The position numbers were made by a program, and so were the translations under genes. From Candidatus Thorarchaeota archaeon (GTDB taxonomy: Archaea > Asgardarchaeota > Thorarchaeia > Thorarchaeales > Thorarchaeaceae): a stretch of 16,709 nt of DNA. The DNA lies in contig JBHLRQ010000072.1 in NCBI GenBank assembly GCA_048882385.1, positions 1 to 16,709 on the forward strand, given 5' to 3'. Within the stretch, counting starts at the first letter, position 1. Every line of letters starts with the position of its first letter. Below the pieces are notes generated by a model that was given only the letters and a program-made list of their open reading frames with translations, did no database searches and was not told the DNA's origin. Below, piece by piece: positions 7,590 through 14,031 of this stretch.

Positions 7590-8276
7590 GTGGAAACAAG
7601 TACTAGTATCTATGCAGTGCGTACAACAATTGGACAGGAACGGAGTGTCACTGACCTCATAACAACAGCAGTCATCGGTGAAACTGATGTGTGGCAATGT
7701 CCTTTTTGTTCAGAGGATTTCTCGTCCGAAAAAGCCACACTAGATCACATGAAGAGTTGTAAAAAGAAGAAAAAGAAGGGAGAACCACAACTAGTTTCCA
7801 CAAACCAACTCATCGGACGGGTCAAAGCTATTCTGGTTCCTGAAACACTTAGGGGTTATGTGTTCATTGAAACCACGGAATTCAGGGACGTTGAGATTGC
7901 TATCTCTGGTGTTCCTCATGTACGTGGTCGTGTGGGCGGTAAAGTTAGTCTTGCAGAGATTGACAGGTTCCTAGCACCTCCACCTGCTGCAGAGGGTATT
8001 TCGGAGGATGATGTTGTCGAGATCATCTCAGGTCCCTTCAAAGGTGAACGTGCAAAGGTTGTTCGAGTAGATGCAGGTAAAGAAGAGCTCATTCTTGAAC
8101 TTCTGGATAGTCCGTACACAATACCAGTTAGAGTTCATGCCGATTTCGCAAAGATTGTCGAGAGAGCTGCAAAGAAAGAAGAACCAGTTGATGAGGAAGA
8201 AGATAAAGAACTCGAGATTGATGAAGACGAGTTCGATGAAGAGGACTCGTTCTGGGCTCATGAACCTGAAGATTAG
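7590..8276 (+). CDS. spt5: Transcription elongation factor Spt5 (NGN + KOW) with zinc-finger insertion and acidic tail
   Basis: NGN motifs IYAVRTTIGQE and LRGYVFIE, KOW motif VEIISGPFKGERAKVVRVD. GTG 7590 is preferred over TTG 7575 because GGAGG lies at 7577-7581. Confidence 0.95.
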   Translation: METSTSIYAVRTTIGQERSVTDLITTAVIGETDVWQCPFCSEDFSSEKATLDHMKSCKKKKKKGEPQLVSTNQLIGRVKAILVPETLRGYVFIETTEFRDVEIAISGVPHVRGRVGGKVSLAEIDRFLAPPPAAEGISEDDVVEIISGPFKGERAKVVRVDAGKEELILELLDSPYTIPVRVHADFAKIVERAAKKEEPVDEEEDKELEIDEDEFDEEDSFWAHEPED

Positions 8277-8340
8277 ATTGATTGCTGCGTCGTAATCCTT
8301 AAAACAAGAACTCACCCGAGCCAGTCTATCCTCTTAATCT

Positions 8341-8365
8341 GACATAGACGCACAGACGTCATGTC
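8341..8365 (+). promoter_or_regulatory. Stem-loop in the putative rpl11 operon leader
   Basis: GACAT-A-GACG-CACAGA-CGTC-ATGTC (9 bp, one bulge). It lies downstream of a TATA-like CTTAAAA near 8298-8304. Confidence 0.45.
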
Positions 8366-8495
8366 CGGGGTGAAGAAAAGTGACAAAGAATGCAGTAGAC
8401 CTAGCTGGACGTATGAAGAATTCTGTCTTGCAGGTCGACAACATCAGAAGCGTTGCGTACGCCCTGTATTTACTGCATCAGGAGTCGTGTTAGAA

Positions 8496-8996
8496 TTGAG
8501 CGAGAGACCAGTAATAGTAGAAGCGATGGTTGAAGGTGGAAAGGCTAGTGGAGGACCACCAATTGGCCCTGCACTCGGTCCCACAGGTGTAAACATCTTT
8601 CAAGTTGTAACAAAAATCAATGAAGTCACACAGGCATTCTCAGGATTGAAAGTTCCTGTGACAATAATTGTTAATCCAAATGACAAAAGCTTTGAGGTGG
8701 AGGTAGGTACTCCACCAACAAGTGCTTTGATACTGAAAGAGGTTGGAGCTGAAAAAGGATCAGGAGAACCTAATTCAAAAATGATTGGTAACCTCACTCT
8801 AGATCAATTGAAGACAATCGCTAAAGGTAAGGCAGATGACCTCTCAGCCCAGACCATGAAATCAGCTGCCATGATAATATCAGGTACCTGTGGTCAAATG
8901 GGTGTGACAATTGAGGGAAAAACAGCAAAGGAGTTCCAGGCAGAAATCCGAGAAGGCACATGGGACGCTCAGCTTGACGAACCTCTCAGGGAGTGA
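8496..8996 (+). CDS. rpl11: 50S ribosomal protein L11 (uL11)
   Basis: Motifs VEGGKASGGPPIGPALGP, GLKVPV, VGTPPTSALI and GTCGQMGV. The start is reassigned from 8361 to TTG 8496, where homology begins and AGGAG lies at 8480-8484. Confidence 0.95.
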   Translation: MSERPVIVEAMVEGGKASGGPPIGPALGPTGVNIFQVVTKINEVTQAFSGLKVPVTIIVNPNDKSFEVEVGTPPTSALILKEVGAEKGSGEPNSKMIGNLTLDQLKTIAKGKADDLSAQTMKSAAMIISGTCGQMGVTIEGKTAKEFQAEIREGTWDAQLDEPLRE

Positions 8997-9002
8997 TAGT
9001 AA

Positions 9003-9659
9003 ATGTCATTTAGCGTAGAATCTATTGAGGCAGCAGTTGCGGCGGCGAGAGCTGAGGGGAAGAAAAGGAAAATCAAGTTCGAGCAAAGCTTTGATTTAGC
9101 AGTCAACTTCAGAAAGAAAGAACTTGATGTTACAAAACCTGAGAATAGACTCAACCAAGAGCTAGTGCTTCCTAACGCATTGTATCCACCGCCTAAGATA
9201 TGTGCATTTGGAGATGGAGAGTTCGCAGAGAAAGCTACAGAGGCAGGAGCTGAACGCGTCATCCCTAAGGACGATATTCCAAAGATCGGTGAAGAGAAGA
9301 AGGAGAGAAAGTCATTAGCTAAAAGCTTTGAGTTCTTCATTGCAGCAGTTGATGCGATGCCATTGATTGGTCGATACCTTGGACAAACCTTAGGTTCGAG
9401 AGGAAAAATGCCTAGACCATTTCCACCACAAGCCGATCTCAGCGCGATAGTCAATCAGTACCATCGGACGGTTCGTGTCAGAATGAGAAACACGCCCACA
9501 TTTCATGTGAAAGTGGGTCATTTCAAAATGAGTGATAGAGAGATAGCGGATAACGTGGTTGCTGTGCTCAACTTCGTGGAGAGCAAAGGCTTCTCTGAGA
9601 GAGTTAGTAGTGTCAAGGTCAAAACAACCATGGGACCAGCAATTGAGGTGTCTGCTTAG
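9003..9659 (+). CDS. rpl1: 50S ribosomal protein L1 (uL1)
   Basis: Motifs FEQSFDLAVNF, LGQTLGSRGKMP and KTTMGPA. Confidence 0.97.
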   Translation: MSFSVESIEAAVAAARAEGKKRKIKFEQSFDLAVNFRKKELDVTKPENRLNQELVLPNALYPPPKICAFGDGEFAEKATEAGAERVIPKDDIPKIGEEKKERKSLAKSFEFFIAAVDAMPLIGRYLGQTLGSRGKMPRPFPPQADLSAIVNQYHRTVRVRMRNTPTFHVKVGHFKMSDREIADNVVAVLNFVESKGFSERVSSVKVKTTMGPAIEVSA

Positions 9660-9674
9660 GATTGGTGATTATTG

Positions 9675-10697
9675 ATGTCTGTATATGAGAAGAAAATTCC
9701 ACAATGGAAACAAGACGCAGTGGATGCTCTAACCTCAACCATTAACGAAGCCAAAATGATTGGTCTTGTCAATGTCGAAGGTGTCGGAGCTAAACAGCTC
9801 CAAGGAATTCGTGAGAGCCTGCGAGGTTCTGCAGTCATTAAAATGGCACGCAACACTCTGATGATTAGAGCTCTTGAGAAATGCAACAAAAAGGGAATCA
9901 GTGACCTAATTGAGCATGTCACAGGTCCGGTTTCTTTTGTCTTTAGTGATCAGGACCCATTTGCACTTAGCAAATTCCTTAGTGAGAACAAGACTGCAGC
10001 CCCTGCAAAAGGAGGCCAGATTGCACCAAACGATATCATCATTCCAGAGATGAACACTGGTGTAGCTCCTGGACCGTTCATTAGTGAACTTGCGGGTCTC
10101 AAGATTCCATCACGCGTTAAAGGAGGTGTAATCCACATTACTGCTGATACTGTGGCAGTCAAGGCTGGGGATGTCATCTCAAACGCTATGGCATTAATGC
10201 TCTCAAGGCTGGGTATTGAGCCCATGGAACTGCAGCTCAAACTTATTGCAGCATACAGTGATGGTGAAGTACTCACTGCGGACTCATTCGAAATTGACCT
10301 TGAAGGACTATTCAATCAGGTCATTGCTGGTCACCAGTACGCAATCAATCTCTCAGTGAATGCGGGAATCCCAACCACAGAATCAATTCCACTCATAATT
10401 GTTAAGGCCAATAATCAGGCCAAAAGTCTGGCACTGAAAATAGGTTTCTTTGAACCAGACTTGGTTGAAGCATTTTTGGGAAAGGCCAACTCAGAGGCAC
10501 ATGCACTGATTACAGCAGTCGCTGAGAAGGATCCCGAAGCAATACCTTCCGAGTTAGTAAACCAGGTTCAGACCGCTGCTACGGCAGCATCAACAGCGGC
10601 TGCACCCGCCACAGACGCGGCTGAGCAGCAAGAATCTGAAGAAGACGAGGAAGAGGAAGAAGAAGCCGTGGCAGGCATCGGAGGCCTGTTCGGTTAA
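9675..10697 (+). CDS. rpl10: 50S ribosomal protein L10/P0 (uL10); start ATG 9675 or TTG 9672
   Basis: Motifs IPQWK, QLQGIRESLRG, MARNTLM and APAKGGQIAP. Ala-rich hinge and acidic tail ending GIGGLFG. Confidence 0.97.
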   Translation: MSVYEKKIPQWKQDAVDALTSTINEAKMIGLVNVEGVGAKQLQGIRESLRGSAVIKMARNTLMIRALEKCNKKGISDLIEHVTGPVSFVFSDQDPFALSKFLSENKTAAPAKGGQIAPNDIIIPEMNTGVAPGPFISELAGLKIPSRVKGGVIHITADTVAVKAGDVISNAMALMLSRLGIEPMELQLKLIAAYSDGEVLTADSFEIDLEGLFNQVIAGHQYAINLSVNAGIPTTESIPLIIVKANNQAKSLALKIGFFEPDLVEAFLGKANSEAHALITAVAEKDPEAIPSELVNQVQTAATAASTAAAPATDAAEQQESEEDEEEEEEAVAGIGGLFG

Positions 10698-10718
10698 GAA
10701 CAACAAGAGGTAATATCA

Positions 10719-11024
10719 ATGGAGTACGTATACGCAGCACTTCTGCTCCACAAGGCGGGTCAGAAACTCACAGCAAAGGCAATGGAAGCGACTCTAACCG
10801 CAGCAGGTGTAGAGCCTGATAAGGGAAGAGTCAAGGCACTTTTAGCAGCCCTCAAAGATGTCGATATCGATGAGGCTCTCAGGAGCGCCGCAGCCATGCC
10901 AGTAGCAGCTGCTCCAGCAGCCGCTGGTGGTGCAGCTCCCGCTGAGGAAAAGAAGGAAGAAAAGAAAGAGGAAGAAGAGAAGGAAGAAGAAGAGGTCGCT
11001 GGACTCGGTAGCCTCTTCGGTTAG
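10719..11024 (+). CDS. rpl12: Ribosomal stalk protein P1/L12
   Basis: [11 protein letters not shown], Ala hinge, and acidic tail ending GLGSLFG. Confidence 0.98.
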   Translation: MEYVYAALLLHKAGQKLTAKAMEATLTAAGVEPDKGRVKALLAALKDVDIDEALRSAAAMPVAAAPAAAGGAAPAEEKKEEKKEEEEKEEEEVAGLGSLFG

Positions 11025-11069
11025 TTGGGTCAGTAATTGTCCCCTCCAGACCATTCCTCTAATATAAGA

Positions 11070-11118
11070 GGGCGGATGGGTCGCGAGCTCGTCTGCCCGC
11101 TAAATCCTTTTTCTTTCT
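11070..11118 (+). terminator. GC-rich hairpin + pyrimidine tract ending the r-protein operon
   Basis: GGGCGGATGGG/CTCGTCTGCCC forms 11 bp including G-U pairs (11070-11098). TTTTTCTTTCT follows at 11108-11118. Confidence 0.6.
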
Positions 11119-11164
11119 GAACCAACCCACACACACAAATCCTACTTTTAGCTGAGAATATCTT

Positions 11165-11947
11165 GTGAAAATTGTATATCATCCCTTGATGCAGGAGCAT
11201 TATGATAGGACTCCTGCAGGAGCAGCAGGTAGACTCGATACATCTGTAGAGATATTGGGAAGTCACCCAGACTATGAGTTTGTTGAAGCAAGACCAGCAA
11301 CTGAGGAGGAGATCCTTCGGGCTCATGGTACTCGTACATTGGAATCAGTAAAACATGACTATGACTCAACCAGATCTGGTCTACTCTACAGGATGGCTAC
11401 TTTAGCTGCAGGAGGTGCCATTCAGACAGCAGAGATTGCAGTCCAAGGGGAGCCAGCTTTTGGTTTAATACGACCTCCAGGGCATCATGCATCTTTTGAT
11501 TCGTATTGGGGATTCTGCTATTTCAACAACATCGCAGTGTCATTGCTCCACCTCAGATCAAAGGGGCTTATTGAATCAGCGTACATTCTTGATTTCGACC
11601 TTCATACAGGTGATGGAAATATCAACATCTTGGGAAATGACCCGAAGTTCATCATCCATAACCCAAGTGGAAATGGCGATGTACAGTATCTGAGAGATGT
11701 GAAACAGTCCATGGACTCTGCTCCTGATGTGGATATCATAGTTGCATCAGCTGGATTTGATCAATACGAAGAGGACTGGGGAGGTAATCTCTCTACAAAT
11801 GCTTTCAACAAGATGGGCAAGATGATGAAGGACTTTGCTGATGAAAGATGTGAAGGACGTCGATATGGACTTCTAGAGGGTGGTTACAACTTTGAGGACC
11901 TTGGGAAAAATGTTCTTGCATTCTGTGACGGATTAAGAGGTGCTTAG
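11165..11947 (+). CDS. Zn-dependent histone deacetylase/AcuC/AphA-family protein
   Basis: Motifs RPPGHHA, GFCYFNN, DFDLHTGDG, SAGFD and LEGGY. GTG start. Confidence 0.93.
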   Translation: MKIVYHPLMQEHYDRTPAGAAGRLDTSVEILGSHPDYEFVEARPATEEEILRAHGTRTLESVKHDYDSTRSGLLYRMATLAAGGAIQTAEIAVQGEPAFGLIRPPGHHASFDSYWGFCYFNNIAVSLLHLRSKGLIESAYILDFDLHTGDGNINILGNDPKFIIHNPSGNGDVQYLRDVKQSMDSAPDVDIIVASAGFDQYEEDWGGNLSTNAFNKMGKMMKDFADERCEGRRYGLLEGGYNFEDLGKNVLAFCDGLRGA

Positions 11948-11949
11948 CC

Positions 11950-12405
11950 ATGGTGTATGAATTACTCAAAGATGCTGTTCGGCGGCATCTCGACGAAACA
12001 ATGCCCTTGATAGAGCAACTTAGGGATGTTGATATCATGAGTAAACCTATCTCCGAAGGGAGGGAAATAGGCGAGGTTGTTCTTCATCTAATACGATCAT
12101 TAGAGTATTATATGCGAGGGATTGTCGAGTCTTTTTGGGAACCTCTTCCTTATACACTTGAAACATACAACTCGTCGGAAGCAATTATCCAGCTTGCTGA
12201 TCAGGTGTTCAAAAGAGTGAGTGAATACATGTATTTTGTCCGTTTGGTCAATTTCAACGAGAGAATTGATTCTTTCAACCGACCTGCAACTATCGCTGAG
12301 ATAATCTTGGAGATGATTGAGCATAGCATCCATCATCGAGGACAACTCACTGTGTACTATAGGCTGCTAGGAATCACACCTGAGCAAATTTCCTACATTA
12401 TCTAA
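11950..12405 (+). CDS. DinB/YfiT-family protein
   Basis: N-terminal REIGEVVLHL and C-terminal EHSIHHRGQLTVYYRLLG supply the metal-binding His triad. Confidence 0.88.
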   Translation: MVYELLKDAVRRHLDETMPLIEQLRDVDIMSKPISEGREIGEVVLHLIRSLEYYMRGIVESFWEPLPYTLETYNSSEAIIQLADQVFKRVSEYMYFVRLVNFNERIDSFNRPATIAEIILEMIEHSIHHRGQLTVYYRLLGITPEQISYII

Positions 12406-12436
12406 GAAAGAAAGAGTTTGGGAGAACCTCCCAAAT
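12403..12436 (-). terminator. Hairpin between convergent genes with a minus-strand pyrimidine tract
   Basis: TTTGGGAG-AAC-CTCCCAAA is a perfect 8-bp stem (12417-12435). On the minus strand it is followed by CTCTTTCTTTCTT. Confidence 0.6.
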
Positions 12437-12754
12437 CTATTTTGGTAAATCCTTGAAAACTCGGTCAATTGCCTTCCGATAATCGTCGAATGCTTTTCGA
12501 CCGCCTGAAGTCAATTTTAGTATGGTTCGAGGCTTTTTGTTCAAGAACTCTTTCTGGACCTCAACATATCCTGATTCTTCAAGTTTACTCAGATGAGAGG
12601 AGAGATTTCCCCATGTGAATCCAAGTTGATTGAGAAGGAATGTGAAATCAGCAGATTCTACAACATAGAGTTGGGCCATTATTCTCAATCTTGATGGTTC
12701 ATGAATAACCCTGTCAATTTCTCCTTCTGAATTCGGATCATTGGTCTTGTTCAT
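12437..12754 (-). CDS. Winged-helix transcriptional regulator (ArsR/MarR-like, HTH_34 type); start ATG 12754 or GTG 12757
   Basis: Motifs IDRVIHEPSRLRIM, TWGNLSSHLSKLEESGYVEVQK and KPRTILKLTSGGRKAF. GGAGG SD. It overlaps the end of the upstream gene. Confidence 0.92.
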   Translation of the reverse strand: MNKTNDPNSEGEIDRVIHEPSRLRIMAQLYVVESADFTFLLNQLGFTWGNLSSHLSKLEESGYVEVQKEFLNKKPRTILKLTSGGRKAFDDYRKAIDRVFKDLPK

Positions 12755-13370
12755 CACTCACGTCCTCCAAATCGAGGATTGGATATTTCTTCACAAACCG
12801 GACCAAACTTGTTAGTCCAGCTAGGAAGAAGATTGCACCTACAAAAGCCAAGTATAGAGTCATTCTATACACAGGAGTAGGGAAATCTAGCAGAGTGAAT
12901 GCTAGTCCAGCGATAGTAGCAAAAGCTCCAATACCATAGTATCTCTTGAGGTTTGACTTCTCAACTAAGTATAATGTTGGTTGAATTAGACCAATCCCTA
13001 TTAGCACTGGTGACCATTGGGCCAATAGGAAGAGTAGGTCGTTCTCAATTCTCGTTGAAAAAACAACTGACGCGATAGCTGGAATCATGATGACAATGGC
13101 AAATATCCATCCATATCCTGTTGGCATTTCAGCTTCGCCACGAAGCTTTACCTTGCCAATCCTTGGATAGGTGAACCTTTCTTTCACTTTTTCAGTTAAA
13201 ACAGCCTGAAATATGATGAGAAGTGCAACTGTGCCAACAAAAGCTGTCTGTATCAGTACTAGTGCTATTGCCGTTATCATCAAGCCCATCCATATCTCAG
13301 TTAGCCCGTCTTGATTCGCTATTCTGAAGGTTGCCTGTTCCAGTTTTACTAAATCAATATCTTCGTTCAT
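12738..13370 (-). CDS. Hypothetical multi-pass membrane protein (about 210 aa, about 6 TM)
   Basis: Several hydrophobic segments, plus DGLTEI and KERFTYPRIGKVK. The start is moved to ATG 13370 because the 13445 extension runs through the TATA/operator region. Confidence 0.8.
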   Translation of the reverse strand: MNEDIDLVKLEQATFRIANQDGLTEIWMGLMITAIALVLIQTAFVGTVALLIIFQAVLTEKVKERFTYPRIGKVKLRGEAEMPTGYGWIFAIVIMIPAIASVVFSTRIENDLLFLLAQWSPVLIGIGLIQPTLYLVEKSNLKRYYGIGAFATIAGLAFTLLDFPTPVYRMTLYLAFVGAIFFLAGLTSLVRFVKKYPILDLEDVSDEQDQ

Positions 13371-13388
13371 CGTAATTGTCAACTTCGT

Positions 13389-13428
13389 AAAGTTCTTTGC
13401 GATGCAAAGTACTTTGTAATAATATAAA
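13389..13428 (-). promoter_or_regulatory. TATA box plus palindromic operator for the membrane protein/wHTH operon
   Basis: Minus-strand TTTATATT at 13428-13421. The 27-bp inverted repeat AAAGTtCTTTGC-gat-GCAAAGtACTTT spans 13389-13415. Confidence 0.7.
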
Positions 13429-13471
13429 GCTTCGTTCCCAAGCAATATTAGTAGTAAATTGATTTCAGGAG

Positions 13472-13478
13472 TTTATAT
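13472..13478 (+). promoter_or_regulatory. TATA box for the small membrane protein gene
   Basis: TTTATAT ends about 26 nt before ATG 13505, consistent with a leaderless or short-leader transcript. Confidence 0.45.
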
Positions 13479-13504
13479 GGCGCAGTAAGAATAGAATTAC
13501 AGGT

Positions 13505-13762
13505 ATGGCGATGTTACTGTACCACATGCTCAGTCCACTGTCCGACTTTGTGGCGTTGATTGCCGCATACTTTGCGGAGATTTGGGAGTTCCTGATCTTT
13601 ATTGGGAATATCTCAGCAGTGATAGTCGTTCTAGTCGGTGCGATACTTTGGTTCACAGATGTGAACACCGGGAGAGGAAAGGGGTTAGTCCTTAGTGGCA
13701 TACTCCTTGCTGTGGTAGTTCAGTACTTCGTGATATACCCACCAGCCTTTGTAATGAGCTAG
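13505..13762 (+). CDS. Small hydrophobic protein, TrbC/VirB2 pilin-like helical hairpin
   Basis: Two long hydrophobic helices are joined by WFTDVNTGRGKG. It has its own TATA box. The family assignment is by pattern only. Confidence 0.7.
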   Translation: MAMLLYHMLSPLSDFVALIAAYFAEIWEFLIFIGNISAVIVVLVGAILWFTDVNTGRGKGLVLSGILLAVVVQYFVIYPPAFVMS

Positions 13763-13901
13763 GTATTTGATATGACTAGGGGAATGCAAGATTTGACTCC
13801 TTTATGATTAACACCCAGTACATACTCTGGACTGGTTTCACACACACCCACTCGCCCGGGGTTCTTCTCTGAATCTCGGGCACCAACTTCTCAGGACCAA
13901 T

Positions 13902-13916
13902 CGGAAAGCTTTATGA
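13902..13916 (+). promoter_or_regulatory. BRE/TATA promoter of tRNA-Arg
   Basis: CGGAAAGC-TTTATGA, with the TATA box about 27-32 nt upstream of the mature tRNA 5' end. Confidence 0.6.
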
Positions 13917-13941
13917 CCCTAAACCATTGACGCTGGGTGCA

Positions 13942-14019
13942 GGGCCCGTTGCCTAGCCCGGATAGGGCGCCAGCCTTCTAAGTTGGAGTTCGTGAGTTCA
14001 AATCTCACCGGGCCCGCCA
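13942..14019 (+). tRNA. tRNA-Arg(TCT), intronless, CCA encoded
   Basis: Acceptor stem GGGCCCG/CGGGCCC, anticodon arm CCAGC-CTTCTAA-GTTGG, T arm GTGAG-TTCAAAT-CTCAC, discriminator G followed by CCA. Confidence 0.97.
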
Positions 14020-14031
14020 TTTATTCTCAGG

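Noticed and set aside
8370-8448. Possible box C/D sRNA (GTGAAGA ... ATGAAGA ... CAGA)
   Set aside because: There is no canonical CTGA D or D' box, and the spacers are much longer than typical archaeal guides. It is kept only as part of the leader finding.
8361-8495. 45-aa N-terminal extension of uL11 in the ORF track
   Set aside because: It does not resemble L11. The ATG is buried in a hairpin, and TTG 8496 has an SD and matches the normal N-terminus.
10940-10995. GAA/GAG-rich low-complexity repeats in rpl12 (also in rpl10 and rpl31e)
   Set aside because: They are explained by Glu/Lys-rich protein tails and are not CRISPR or independent repeats.
13371-13445. 25-aa N-terminal extension of the membrane protein
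   Set aside because: It overlaps the TATA box and operator, so ATG 13370 is the more plausible start.
13465-13701. 78-aa minus-strand ORF as an alternative to 13505-13762
   Set aside because: The plus-strand ORF has a coherent transmembrane pattern and a suitably placed TATA box; the minus-strand ORF has neither.
13804-13872. 22-codon ORF MINTQYILWTGFTHTHSPGVLL
   Set aside because: It is too short, has no SD, and its start lies inside the TATA-like element.
11119-14019. Genomic island or provirus integrated at tRNA-Arg
   Set aside because: No integrase or duplicated tRNA end (att site) was seen. The accessory genes are on the 5' side of the tRNA, and the 3' side abuts the radical SAM gene.
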